Positions 1 through 10,278 are shown, numbered from the stretch's first letter. The stretch is 64,000 nt of DNA from an uncultured Roseburia sp. (GCA_964445375.1 CAYUKO010000001.1:9302-73301); one strand, 5' to 3'. A program made the numbers and translations. The notes: generated by a model not told the origin, from the letters alone.

Positions 1-1661
1 TTATGACCCAATAAATGTTCTATTGATTCCATAACAGCCTGCTCTGTCTCGTTATCCAATGCCGATGTCGCTTCATCCAATACCAGAATCTCGGGATTGG
101 TATACAACGCTCTTGCAATACCGATTCGTTGTCTCTGACCGCCTGATAATCTCACGCCACGTTCACCAATCTTAGTGTCAAGCCCCTCTGGTAAGCTTTC
201 TACGAATTCCTTAAGCTGTGCCTGTTCCAATGCAGCCCAGATCTTCTCATCCTCACCTTCATCAACCACAATTCCAAATGCAACATTATTACGAATCGTA
301 TCATCAGATAAGAATATCGTCTGTGGTATATATCCCAGCTTATCTGCCCATTCACCTGCATGCTTTCTAATGTCTTTCCCATCACATAGAATCGTTCCTT
401 CAGACACTTCCAAAATACCAAGAATAACATCTGCCAGTGTCGTTTTTCCCGCACCGGACGGCCCCACAAAAGCAACTGCCTGCCCTTTACGAATATTCAT
501 GTTAATACCTGACAGAATCTCAACCTCTGTATTAGGATACATATAATGAATATTTTCCAGCCTTATCTCATCCTCAAAGGTTAAGGCATCTTCCTTCCTG
601 CCTTCTTCCTCTAACACCTCTCGCGTATACTTATGTTCTTCACTCATCTTCAAATCTTCATACACATGATCCATATATGGATAATTAAAGATAATCTGAT
701 TAATACATCCGTTTACCACACTGATTCTCGGGAATAAGCGGAATAAAGCCATCGCAAAAACAGACAGTTTCGGAACAAATATCGCTACATCCTCACCATT
801 CAGAATACGAAATGCAATCATAAGCAATAATACAATGACACAGAAAATCTCAAGAACCAAATGTGGAATCTGATTCAGGAAAGAAAATATCTTCTGTACA
901 TGAATATAAGAACCATAGTAGCCTGAATAATTATCAACGAAATATTGTTCTCTCTTGAGAATCTTGATCTCCTTAATTCCACCAAATGCCTGCATAAGCC
1001 ACTGTCCCTGCTTAGCACTGCATTCCTGTGATTGCTTTCCATATCTGAGGGATCTTGCTTTATTCCAACGAACAAAAAGAGTAACGAATAGAAACATTAC
1101 AATAATCATACTCATTGATAATATAAAATCTGTATAGAGTAAAAATGCACCAAAGATAACCATCATCAGACAGCTTGACAGCATAATCAAACACTGCATA
1201 ACCAACTGAAAGAACTGGTTTACATCTGTTCCGACACCTCGCATCAACACAGAAGAATTCTTCTCCAGAAAAAAGGAATATGGTTCTGCCATATAGCTCT
1301 TCATCAGTCTCACACCGATTTCCCTCTGATTATCAAATACAAATGCATTTCTTGCATAATAAGCAAATGCATTAAATAAATTCTTAACAACATACACTCC
1401 TATCAATGCGATTGCAATCCATACAAAAAATTCATTATTTGACTTCACTCCCAATGCATCATAGAAATAACTTAACATCTTATTGGTATGAATCATCTCA
1501 GGACTAAGCATTACTGCAATAAACGGATAAATCGATATAACACCCGTTAACTCCAAGATTGCTTCTCCTATAAGAATGGCTATCATACCAAGCAACTGCT
1601 TCTTCTGACGTTTCGTAAATATATAACTAATCTTCGCATAGATATCCTTTATATGATTCAT
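1..1661 (-). CDS. ABC transporter permease/ATPase, PglK/WlaB/HetA-like lipid-linked glycan flippase (3' end outside window)
   Basis: Absent from the ORF track because it has no stop in the window. Translated by hand from ATG 1661 (MNHIKDIYAKISYIFTKRQKKQLLG...): N-terminal TM domain, Walker A GPSGAGKT, signature LSGGQRQR, Walker B ILVLDEATSALD. Paralog of 29552..31297. Confidence 0.9.
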   Translation of the reverse strand, partial: MNHIKDIYAKISYIFTKRQKKQLLGMIAILIGEAILELTGVISIYPFIAVMLSPEMIHTNKMLSYFYDALGVKSNNEFFVWIAIALIGVYVVKNLFNAFAYYARNAFVFDNQREIGVRLMKSYMAEPYSFFLEKNSSVLMRGVGTDVNQFFQLVMQCLIMLSSCLMMVIFGAFLLYTDFILSMSMIIVMFLFVTLFVRWNKARSLRYGKQSQECSAKQGQWLMQAFGGIKEIKILKREQYFVDNYSGYYGSYIHVQKIFSFLNQIPHLVLEIFCVIVLLLMIAFRILNGEDVAIFVPKLSVFAMALFRLFPRISVVNGCINQIIFNYPYMDHVYEDLKMSEEHKYTREVLEEEGRKEDALTFEDEIRLENIHYMYPNTEVEILSGINMNIRKGQAVAFVGPSGAGKTTLADVILGILEVSEGTILCDGKDIRKHAGEWADKLGYIPQTIFLSDDTIRNNVAFGIVVDEGEDEKIWAALEQAQLKEFVESLPEGLDTKIGERGVRLSGGQRQRIGIARALYTNPEILVLDEATSALDNETEQAVMESIEHLLGH

Positions 1662-1667
1662 CAATAA

Positions 1668-3017
1668 CTAACCTCTTCTTAACTCTTTTCTATATCCTAA
1701 AAATCTCTCCATAACATCTGCCATAGCTATGGATTCCTCTTGTGTAAGCTTATATGTTCTTCCCTCGTGTCCATAGATCAAATGAGCAAAGTCACTTATC
1801 TCATAACGTAATCCTTGTCCAAGAAATTTCACAAAATGTTTGTCTACCTTATTCGGATCCTCATATCGTACTTCAAAGGACTTTGTTAACCACCATGGAG
1901 ATTCCGCCAGAATATATCCCTTCGTTCCAGCAATAATCAATTGCCCCTCCGACTTCACTCCAACGCCAGTCTTGGATAATGCAAACCCCTGTTCATAGCG
2001 AAAAGATGCTTTGGTATATAAGTCAATCTTATTCTCTGCCATGATACTATCAAAGCGCACTTCTTTATAATCCGTTCCCATTAACTTAATAATCGGGAGT
2101 AAAGTATAGCTTCCAAATTCGGTAAATCCTCCGCCATATTGCTGATCTACCATCTCACGAAGGCCATCTTGTGTCAATCTGGTAAAACATGCTTCCACAT
2201 CCCGGATTTCTCCAATCGTACCACTTTTAGCAATTGCCACCAATTGTGCAAATCCGGGAGAATACGCTGTTTTAATTGCTTCCATCAATACACATTGATT
2301 CTCATTAGCTATCTGATAAAGTTCCTCTGCCTGTGCCTTAGAAAACGCCATTGGTTTCTCGCATAATACATGCTTTTTATTTAACAATGCCTGCTTGGCA
2401 TACTCATAATGTGTTTCATGCGGTGAAGCAATATATACTGCATCCACATCTTCAAAAAAGCCTTTCAAATCATCCGTATAATGACTTAATTCAAACTGTT
2501 TTGCAAACGCTTCTGCACTTGTAATATGTGGATTATAAACACTGCGTACGGTAACACCACTGACATATTTCGCTTCTGGTATGAATCTTTTAGCAATGCG
2601 TCCTGTTCCTATTATTCCAATGCGAATAATAGAACGATTATTCGTTCTAAGTAATGTCGATGATACATTCTTCGTTCTTTCCAGATATACTACTTCACAA
2701 ATATCCTTTAGATAGTCAAAAGCCCCTACCCAGTCAGAACCAACCGTAAAGATATCTACTCCATACTTGAGAATATCCTCTATCTTCTGTCCCGAATGAT
2801 CTTCAACAATAATTTCATCCGCCAAGCCCGTCTTTCTTACATTATCAATTCTGTCTATCAAAGAATCAACAATATTGAGCTTTCCTCTTGACTCATCATA
2901 TTGCTCTGTTGTAATCCCAACGATTAAATAGTCGCCTAACGCTTTTGCTCTTTTTAACAGATTATAATGCCCCTCGTGAAACAGATCAAAGGAGCCATAT
3001 GTAATTACCTTCTTCAT
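1668..3017 (-). CDS. Fusion: TagD-like (glycerol-3-phosphate-type) cytidylyltransferase + Gfo/Idh/MocA oxidoreductase
   Basis: N-terminal TYGSFDLFHEGH (HxGH) and VYLERTKNVSST. C-terminal Rossmann GIIGTGRIA, VYIASPH and LCEKPM motifs. Confidence 0.88.
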   Translation of the reverse strand: MKKVITYGSFDLFHEGHYNLLKRAKALGDYLIVGITTEQYDESRGKLNIVDSLIDRIDNVRKTGLADEIIVEDHSGQKIEDILKYGVDIFTVGSDWVGAFDYLKDICEVVYLERTKNVSSTLLRTNNRSIIRIGIIGTGRIAKRFIPEAKYVSGVTVRSVYNPHITSAEAFAKQFELSHYTDDLKGFFEDVDAVYIASPHETHYEYAKQALLNKKHVLCEKPMAFSKAQAEELYQIANENQCVLMEAIKTAYSPGFAQLVAIAKSGTIGEIRDVEACFTRLTQDGLREMVDQQYGGGFTEFGSYTLLPIIKLMGTDYKEVRFDSIMAENKIDLYTKASFRYEQGFALSKTGVGVKSEGQLIIAGTKGYILAESPWWLTKSFEVRYEDPNKVDKHFVKFLGQGLRYEISDFAHLIYGHEGRTYKLTQEESIAMADVMERFLGYRKELRRG

Positions 3018-3045
3018 ATTCTTATCCTAACTCTTTTTCTAAGAC

Positions 3046-3999
3046 TTATGTCTCATCTGCATCAAAATTAATCCGCTTCTCTTCTACAACAATGGGTCTA
3101 TGAATGACTCTCGTATTAATATTCAAGATATATTCTCCCAAGAATCCAATGAAGAATAACTGCATAGACCCAATCAAGAATATACCAATTATCATTGGCG
3201 CCTGACCTGCCTGAAAACCATTCCAATTACACAATTTCATGATAAAATATACAACTGCTACGATAAGGCTCAAGCTTCCCATAATAAATCCAAGCCAGGT
3301 TGCGAGTCTAAGACCTACCTTGGTATAAGAAGTAAAGCTAAGCATTGCTGCATCGTACAAGCTGTAGAAATTGTTATGTGTTTTACCTGCTCTTCTTTGC
3401 GGTTGCTCATATTCAATCTCAGTCATATTAAAACCGGCTCCGTATTCCGCTACAATCCCTCGAATAAATGGAATCGAATCATCTAACTGCCTTAGTAATG
3501 AAATAAATGTCTTATCATATAATCCAAAGCCCGTAAAATGTTCAATCATCTGAACACTGGACATATTTTTTATCGCTTTATAATACATAGAACGCATAAA
3601 ATAAATCAATCCTGGCTCTTTACTGGACGATTTAATTCCACTGACTATCTTATGTCCTTTCTCCCATTCCTTCACAAATACCGGAATCAGTTCTACCGGA
3701 TCCTGAAAGTCACAACATAATGGTATCGTACAATCCCCTGTTGTCTGACACATTCCATAGAAAGGAGAATTGAATTGCCCAAAATTAGTTACATTAAAGA
3801 TTGCCTTTATCTTCTTATTACCTGCACAGATTTTCTCCAACTTATCTCTAGTTCCATCTGTTGATGCATTATCAATAAAAAGAACCTCATAATCATACTG
3901 TGGTAGCTGCGTCTCTAATACTTCTACTACTGCCTGACTAATCGGTTCTACATTTTCCACTTCATTATAGCACGGTATCATAATGCTAATCTTTTTCAT
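3046..3999 (-). CDS. GT2 polyprenyl-phosphate glycosyltransferase (GtrB/ArnC/YkcC-like)
   Basis: KISIMIPCYNE, IDNASTDGT, CCDFQDPVELI, two C-terminal TM helices, FIGFLGEYI. Start moved to ATG 3999; the longer ORF extension spans a terminator and promoter. Confidence 0.9.
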   Translation of the reverse strand: MKKISIMIPCYNEVENVEPISQAVVEVLETQLPQYDYEVLFIDNASTDGTRDKLEKICAGNKKIKAIFNVTNFGQFNSPFYGMCQTTGDCTIPLCCDFQDPVELIPVFVKEWEKGHKIVSGIKSSSKEPGLIYFMRSMYYKAIKNMSSVQMIEHFTGFGLYDKTFISLLRQLDDSIPFIRGIVAEYGAGFNMTEIEYEQPQRRAGKTHNNFYSLYDAAMLSFTSYTKVGLRLATWLGFIMGSLSLIVAVVYFIMKLCNWNGFQAGQAPMIIGIFLIGSMQLFFIGFLGEYILNINTRVIHRPIVVEEKRINFDADET

Positions 4000-4041
4000 T
4001 GCTTTTCCCCACTTAATCTTTCTCAATTCATCTGTAAACAT

Positions 4042-4086
4042 AAAAAGTAGAATGTAAACAGAGTACAAACTCTTTTCACATTCTAC
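4042..4086 (-). terminator. Intrinsic terminator ending unit B
   Basis: Minus strand GTAGAATGTGAAAAGAG-TTTGTA-CTCTGTTTACATTCTAC-TTTTT: 17-nt arms with one G-U pair and one mismatch, followed by a U-tract, downstream of the 4137 stop. Confidence 0.8.
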
Positions 4087-4108
4087 CTCATTCGACACCT
4101 ATCGTCAA
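4080..4108 (-). promoter_or_regulatory. Sigma-A-like promoter for unit C
   Basis: TTGACG (4108-4103), 17 nt spacer, TAGAAT (4085-4080) on the minus strand, upstream of GT2 ATG 3999. Confidence 0.7.
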
Positions 4109-4136
4109 ATAGTAATTATTGTATATCAGATATTCT

Positions 4137-5501
4137 TTAAAATAATTCAACCACTTTCCACAAGTATGTTTCCACGGTTGACACTAGCTCGTTAATCAGA
4201 TTCTGATGAAAAGTACCATTGATAGCTGCATAACAAAGCAAAAAGATATAATAATACTTATTTAAGCGAACATTTCTCACGTACTCTTTCGTCGCTTGTA
4301 CTACATTTTCATCATGAATTCGATTCAGAAGCCATATTATGGCAAACTCATACATAAATGCGCCATTCGTATATCTTCCATAATCATTCAAAAGTAAATA
4401 ACAAGGGAAAACGGTCAGCGCTCCGAATGGCAGCAAGCCATAAAACCAGTATAACTTCGTTCCATTTTCTTTCGCATACCTTACCGCCAATCTCCAATAC
4501 TTATAAATCTCATAAAAGAACGGTGCAAACAGGATTGCCATAGCTACTAAAAGCAGTCCATATTCATAAATATAAAAATGCCAACTGGTAAAGACTCTTT
4601 TTATCATACTGAACAATGAGTTTGAATTTGTATTTGTTTCTGGCACTTCCACGACTGGCGTGATGTCTTGCGCATCTGTCGAAACATTCTCCTCCGGTAT
4701 CTCTACCTCTTCACGAATCGGCATATCCTTAAAGATAAATGATGCTATCGTTCCACTATGATTGCTAGCTACTTCTTCTGCTGACTTATCCACAAATTCC
4801 GCTGTTCGTTCTATAACGTAGTCCATATAGATTCCCTCTTTTACATGCGCATAAAATTGCACATAAACAAAAAGCGAACCAACACATAATACATTAACCA
4901 ACAGCAGAAGGAATCGTTTTATATTATACTGCTTCTTTGGCATCACAAATGCCTGATATACTAAAAATGCCAGCACTAGGTTCCAATAAGTAAAAACATA
5001 TGCTGGATAAATCAAAACACCAATGCAACATACTACAACAGAAAGCCAGACATGCTTATTCTTTGCAAGCAAATAAACAGCAAATAACGAACACATTTCA
5101 ATCCACACATCTGTCAATGCAAAGTTACTATAATTTGCTACCCAGCCAGGTCCCATAAAGAAGGCTAACGCCAACCCCTTAAAAAAGAATTTCACATCCG
5201 CATTCTTTTCGCTTCCTAATGCCTTATAAATAATATAGAAATATATTATGGTATAAAATGACACCGTAAATATTCCGTAAATATATCTCATATACCCCCA
5301 CGGGATATGGCACACTGTAGAAATCACATCTAAAATTGTCCCCAAAAAGCCTCTCTGTATAAAACCATATCGATAAGAGAACGATAACATAATCTGATTC
5401 CAGCCCCCGAATTTAAAAGGGAAGTAGCGAATCGCCTGTGCTACCATGGTTGCAAAAATAACAAAATAATAATTTTTATTCTCTTTCCAGTTTTCTCTCA
5501 T
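4137..5501 (-). CDS. Multi-pass membrane protein of unknown function (possible GT-C or acyltransferase)
   Basis: About 10 hydrophobic segments, YRYGFIQRGFLGT motif near the N-terminus, acidic low-complexity loop in the middle. Confidence 0.75.
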   Translation of the reverse strand: MRENWKENKNYYFVIFATMVAQAIRYFPFKFGGWNQIMLSFSYRYGFIQRGFLGTILDVISTVCHIPWGYMRYIYGIFTVSFYTIIYFYIIYKALGSEKNADVKFFFKGLALAFFMGPGWVANYSNFALTDVWIEMCSLFAVYLLAKNKHVWLSVVVCCIGVLIYPAYVFTYWNLVLAFLVYQAFVMPKKQYNIKRFLLLLVNVLCVGSLFVYVQFYAHVKEGIYMDYVIERTAEFVDKSAEEVASNHSGTIASFIFKDMPIREEVEIPEENVSTDAQDITPVVEVPETNTNSNSLFSMIKRVFTSWHFYIYEYGLLLVAMAILFAPFFYEIYKYWRLAVRYAKENGTKLYWFYGLLPFGALTVFPCYLLLNDYGRYTNGAFMYEFAIIWLLNRIHDENVVQATKEYVRNVRLNKYYYIFLLCYAAINGTFHQNLINELVSTVETYLWKVVELF

Positions 5502-5513
5502 AATTTTCCCACC

Positions 5514-6932
5514 TTATCTCACCAAGCTGTTACCAATAATCCCTACTGAGTCAGCTATCACTTGGCTTTCCTCATCAAAAATGACGATATTGATACCCTC
5601 TTCACTCTTCTGATAATTTTTCTTATTCCAGTATATTCCACCTTGATCAACTAATAATTCCTTATCTCCAAACCGATCTGCCCAATAATAACCATAATCT
5701 GTTTTACTTACACACTGAATTCCCGTATCACTTATAACCCATGCACAATTATACTTTGCCTCATCTGTTGAAATTCCCCAAGTGTTTAACAAACTTTTCA
5801 TATTCTTACAAGAATCACCTTCAATCATCTTTCCTTTTACAGAAATCATAATCGTATAATGTTCCGGTAGCTTTTGTATCATATCACTATAGCTGTTTAT
5901 GTCTTGAATCTGTGATATTTCAAAGTTTATCAGATTATTTTGATAGTATCTTAATGCATGATCCCATGATACATATTTTTCTCTTTCATCCGTATGCGCC
6001 TTCCATTGATAATGACTTGTTAAATAATTACTTAAATAACGGGAAAAGCGGACATTACCAATGTATCCCATATGGTCACCATCCATAAAATCCGTATCCC
6101 AGTTAATTCCGATTTCCTCATATTGTTCATTGAAATTGCAAAAATCTACACCATATTCCTCTGCTATATCTTTTGCTGTATTATAGATGCCCATATGCCC
6201 TTCGTCATAATTTACATATGGAACAACTGCTATCAGCAAGGGAATATTTTCTTGCTGGCACAATTCTATAATCTTACGATAATATTCTTCCTGCTTTTCT
6301 GCAAGCTCAATTCTGGTGCCATCATTAACAACCTGTGGCTTTTCAAAAGAATATGCCGCATATCCTTCTCCAAATCCTTTCCATGATGAATAATATGCTT
6401 TATCATCAAGATACGGTTTATAATCAGCTGCTGTTAAATTCTTATATCGATTATGATATTGAATGTACTCGAAACCGAATTCCAGCCACCTATCTTCTGG
6501 TACGCTAGTCATTAATGCTCCTAGCTTATTAGTTATGGATTTTATACCATATACATTCTTAATGACTCTACTATCATCGGCATACTCTTCCTCTTTAGTC
6601 AATCCAAACCCTTCAAGAATAACCAACTGAGGAGATTGTTTCTTTAATGCTTCACGCAAAAAATAATAGCTATTCCATAACGGTGCTATAGAACCACATA
6701 ATTCAAAAGTTGCAATCTCTGATTCTTCCCAGATAATCATCGGATTTATATTCACAAACGCATGTGAGCTTCCCAAAACAAGTACATCTACGGTATCTTC
6801 CTCAAGCTCATAAAAGGTCTTCATCTGATAAATTCCATCATTAGACTTAAAAGAAAACACTTTATGAAAAGCTATTATTGCTATTATTAAAACAACTATT
6901 AAACCCATTGCATAAGCATAATTTTTTTTCAT
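5514..6932 (-). CDS. Membrane-anchored SGNH/DltD/AlgJ-like protein, partner of MBOAT
   Basis: N-terminal signal/TM, VLVLGSSH (block I Ser), DFMDGDH (DxxH); directly downstream of an MBOAT. Confidence 0.75.
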   Translation of the reverse strand: MKKNYAYAMGLIVVLIIAIIAFHKVFSFKSNDGIYQMKTFYELEEDTVDVLVLGSSHAFVNINPMIIWEESEIATFELCGSIAPLWNSYYFLREALKKQSPQLVILEGFGLTKEEEYADDSRVIKNVYGIKSITNKLGALMTSVPEDRWLEFGFEYIQYHNRYKNLTAADYKPYLDDKAYYSSWKGFGEGYAAYSFEKPQVVNDGTRIELAEKQEEYYRKIIELCQQENIPLLIAVVPYVNYDEGHMGIYNTAKDIAEEYGVDFCNFNEQYEEIGINWDTDFMDGDHMGYIGNVRFSRYLSNYLTSHYQWKAHTDEREKYVSWDHALRYYQNNLINFEISQIQDINSYSDMIQKLPEHYTIMISVKGKMIEGDSCKNMKSLLNTWGISTDEAKYNCAWVISDTGIQCVSKTDYGYYWADRFGDKELLVDQGGIYWNKKNYQKSEEGINIVIFDEESQVIADSVGIIGNSLVR

Positions 6933-6943
6933 CTAATGTCTCC

Positions 6944-8437
6944 CTAAAATTGAAAATATATAAATGTCTGTGCGTCAAATGCAGGACCATATGCACCAAA
7001 GATGATTATCGCCAAAGACAAAAGTACAATACAAAGATATTGAAAAATCACATTTTGTTCTAAAACAAAATCTACAATAAATATACGCTTATAATACTTT
7101 AGTAAGTCCGAAAGAAACAGTATCAGCAAGGATACCAGCAATATATTCATTTCTGTTCTATCTAACCCTAATGAATATAATCCTCCATTTGATAGTACCC
7201 ATGGATTAAAATCAATAAAGATTCTCTTAATATAAGATAATGCAACTTTTATTCCATCTGCTCTGAAAAAAATCCACGCAAAATCTACTAAAATAAAGGT
7301 TACTACTGTTTGTCCCAGCTTATAGCTAAAGCATTCGGTATTGACACGGCATATCTCTATGACCTTCTTTTTCATGGGCTGTAGTATATCGCCTACTATC
7401 TGAAATACTCCATGAATTCCTCCCCATACAACATATGTCATTGCTGCGCCATGCCATAATCCGCTCACCAGAAATGTAACCATAAGATTAAAATACCTGC
7501 GTATTTTTGTACAACGACTACCTCCTAAAGGAATATATAGATAATCTCTAAACCAGGAGCTTAATGAAATATGCCATCTTCTCCAGAATTCCTTTATACT
7601 TCTTGATAAATACGGAGCATCAAAATTTTCCATTAAAGAATATCCTAAAACTTTCGCTGCCCCAATTGCAATGATAGAATAACTTGCAAAATCACAATAT
7701 ATCTGAATTGCAAAAGCTGCTGCTCCTGCAACGAGCTCCACTCCACCATATAAGTAGTAATGCTCGAAGACGGTATCTACCAAGCTGACAATCCTGTCGG
7801 CTATTACCATTTTCAGGAACAATCCCCAAAGCATATATAAAAGTCCTTGAAATATTCTTCTATAATCTACTTTTCTTCTTGAGTCTTCCTGAATCTGCGA
7901 CAATAGATTCTTTGAACGTTCAATTGGTCCTGCAACAAGTTGTGGAAAAAAAGAAACAAACAGAGCATATTTTAAAAGATTCTTCTCTGGTTTTATATCT
8001 CCTCTATATACATCAATGGAATAGCTTAATGCCTGAAATGTATAAAATGATATGCCTACCGGTAATAAAACATCTACTTTCGGAATATTAACTGTAATAT
8101 CTATCTTCTGTAAGCAAATGGTTATCCATTCAATGAAGAAATTACTGTATTTAAAGTATCCCAATATTCCTAAATTTGCGACCAAAACAACTATCAGAAC
8201 TACTTTTCTACGTATACCTGATAAATTACTTACTCTTGAACTCCCTATTATTCTACTTCCCGAATAGGTAATTACTGTAGATGTTAACATCAATAATGCA
8301 TACTCAGGATTCCATGACATATAAAAATAATAGGAGCATATAAGCAGCCATATATATCGAATTTTCTTAGGCACTACATAATATCCCAATACTGCAATTG
8401 GAAAAAAGAACATAAAATCGATTGAATTAAAAAGCAT
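6944..8437 (-). CDS. MBOAT O-acyltransferase (AlgI/PatA/DltB-like)
   Basis: MLFNS start, LPVGISFYTFQALSY, EFWRRWHISLSSWFRDYLYIPLGG, VSGLWHGA. Confidence 0.93.
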   Translation of the reverse strand: MLFNSIDFMFFFPIAVLGYYVVPKKIRYIWLLICSYYFYMSWNPEYALLMLTSTVITYSGSRIIGSSRVSNLSGIRRKVVLIVVLVANLGILGYFKYSNFFIEWITICLQKIDITVNIPKVDVLLPVGISFYTFQALSYSIDVYRGDIKPEKNLLKYALFVSFFPQLVAGPIERSKNLLSQIQEDSRRKVDYRRIFQGLLYMLWGLFLKMVIADRIVSLVDTVFEHYYLYGGVELVAGAAAFAIQIYCDFASYSIIAIGAAKVLGYSLMENFDAPYLSRSIKEFWRRWHISLSSWFRDYLYIPLGGSRCTKIRRYFNLMVTFLVSGLWHGAAMTYVVWGGIHGVFQIVGDILQPMKKKVIEICRVNTECFSYKLGQTVVTFILVDFAWIFFRADGIKVALSYIKRIFIDFNPWVLSNGGLYSLGLDRTEMNILLVSLLILFLSDLLKYYKRIFIVDFVLEQNVIFQYLCIVLLSLAIIIFGAYGPAFDAQTFIYFQF

Positions 8438-8456
8438 CTAACTTAAGCCCCTATCT

Positions 8457-9449
8457 TTAGAAATGTTTCTTCGCCTCAAGCCAAAATCCCTTCGGAGCAC
8501 ATACAATCTTATCTTCTCGTTTGCTTAGATAATAGCCCCACCAGCTAAATGAACTAATAGCCAGAATATTATGCTTTGCATAAGTCATAAGCTGCATATC
8601 GCGGAAGCTTTCCTCTTCCTTATTCCAATCTACGAAAACAATCTTATCCAACTCACTTAGCCCTAATTCTTCTTTGTTTGTCTGACACCAATCCGGTTCA
8701 TCAGAAAAAATATAAAAAACGGGGGCAGCTATCTTTTCTTTCATATATCTGACTGCCTTCTGATAATAATTATCCTCGTATAAAAAGCCATTATCATACA
8801 TATGATCACTTCTTCTTACATGCAATACAACAGATTCTTCCGAAAGCATTTGTTCTTTATAAAATTGATTTTTCTCATCTGTGAAATCAGGGAATTGAAA
8901 CGTATCCATGATTTCATTTTTAATTTCTTTAAAATATTTGTCTGATGTATAATTAAATTCATCATAATAGACATTTGCATTCAAACGATACCAATTGCTC
9001 TTATACCGATCATTGACATAGCCATACTTTTTCGTCATGAACCTTGTCAAATATTCATATCTGAGCTTGAACAGTACTTTATCACGTAACTTCTTAACTT
9101 TAGCCAACGAAGAATTGTAGTAAGTATATTCTCCTCTGCTTACACGTATAATTTCTTCATCAGGCTGTTCTTTCATAAAGAACTCTGATGCCTTTTTAAA
9201 ATAATCGTGCACTAGTGGTTCATTTACATCATATAGCGTAGTAATATCCGGTGCCTCTATTCCAAATATTTTATTCAATTCATAACCGTTCCAAGCCTCT
9301 TGATATTGATAAAAATAAGTATCAATCATGTTGATTGTATTTTTACTCTTCTTATTCAACAATATATAAAAAGCATATTTTGCCATCTGGCTTCCTAATC
9401 CACCTGCTATTGTAACAATACAATAATGATTCTTCTTATGATGCCCCAT
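8457..9449 (-). CDS. GT11 alpha-1,2-fucosyltransferase-like glycosyltransferase
   Basis: GGLGSQM (variant of GGLGNQ), LHVRRSD, FYIFSDEPDW, DMQLMT...ISSFSWWG. Confidence 0.85.
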   Translation of the reverse strand: MGHHKKNHYCIVTIAGGLGSQMAKYAFYILLNKKSKNTINMIDTYFYQYQEAWNGYELNKIFGIEAPDITTLYDVNEPLVHDYFKKASEFFMKEQPDEEIIRVSRGEYTYYNSSLAKVKKLRDKVLFKLRYEYLTRFMTKKYGYVNDRYKSNWYRLNANVYYDEFNYTSDKYFKEIKNEIMDTFQFPDFTDEKNQFYKEQMLSEESVVLHVRRSDHMYDNGFLYEDNYYQKAVRYMKEKIAAPVFYIFSDEPDWCQTNKEELGLSELDKIVFVDWNKEEESFRDMQLMTYAKHNILAISSFSWWGYYLSKREDKIVCAPKGFWLEAKKHF

Positions 9450-9450
9450 C

Positions 9451-10278
9451 CTACTGTCCCTTCTTTATACTTAAAAAAATCTTCAGCCAATATTTTGTCT
9501 GTTTAATTGCTTCCCAGCCCATTCCATTTTGAAACATATACCAAAATTTTTGTCTGAAGAATATTTTCATTTCTGTTCTTTTCAGTTCTTGCGCACGCGA
9601 ACCTGTTATGGAACTTGCTGAAACACGGTATCCTGTGAGCTCGGCATCTATAAATCCGAAGCTGTATCCATTTTTAAGTAGCTTCATATGCATAGGATAA
9701 TCTTCTATTAATCTATAATGCTCATCATATCCTCCTAAATCCAGCAGTACCTTCCTTTCAAAGAAATCAGCAGCACATGCAACGATCCAATTCGTAAACA
9801 GCATCTTTTTATATTGTATCTCTCTATTTTCCTTAGCTGTCATATAACACTTTTCGCAATAGCTCTGTACTGATGAAACATCTTTTCCATCCTCTGCTAT
9901 CAACCACACTTTTGCAATCGGTATTACTTTATCGTGTGTCTGTGCAAATTCCGTATATTTTTCAATCGCATCAGGTGATAATAAGTCGTCTGCTGCCATA
10001 TATTTTATATACTTTCCTGATGCTTCCCGCAATCCTCTGTTCATATTGCCTGACAAACCAGTATTTGCTTCGGCATATACTCTTTTCACATTATAAAATC
10101 TACTTTCATTCTCTTTCAGCCATTCTTCTATCAGGCTCTTCGTTTCATCCTGAGAACAATCATCACAAATTACTAATTCTAACGGGCTATACGTCTGTGC
10201 CTTTATGCTTTCTAATGTCTCTATAACCGTATCTGACGAATTATAAGTCAAAACAACTGCACTTACTAATACATCCAT
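9451..10278 (-). CDS. GT2 glycosyltransferase
   Basis: VSAVVLTYNS, ICDDCSQD, YMAADD, EDYPM. Start placed at the ATG after a GAGGA RBS (ORF extends to 10323). Confidence 0.88.
   Translation of the reverse strand: MDVLVSAVVLTYNSSDTVIETLESIKAQTYSPLELVICDDCSQDETKSLIEEWLKENESRFYNVKRVYAEANTGLSGNMNRGLREASGKYIKYMAADDLLSPDAIEKYTEFAQTHDKVIPIAKVWLIAEDGKDVSSVQSYCEKCYMTAKENREIQYKKMLFTNWIVACAADFFERKVLLDLGGYDEHYRLIEDYPMHMKLLKNGYSFGFIDAELTGYRVSASSITGSRAQELKRTEMKIFFRQKFWYMFQNGMGWEAIKQTKYWLKIFLSIKKGQ

Noticed and set aside
175-546. Plus-strand 123-aa ORF and minus-strand alternative-frame ORF 200..475
   Set aside because: Shadows of the ABC transporter NBD that occupies 1..1661 in another frame.
1668-3017. 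Wall teichoic acid (tag/tar) operon
   Set aside because: Only a TagD-like domain is present; no TagA/B/F/G/H in the window.
4000-4098. 33-aa N-terminal extension of the GT2 ORF
   Set aside because: It runs through a terminator and promoter; family homology begins at MKKISIMIPC.
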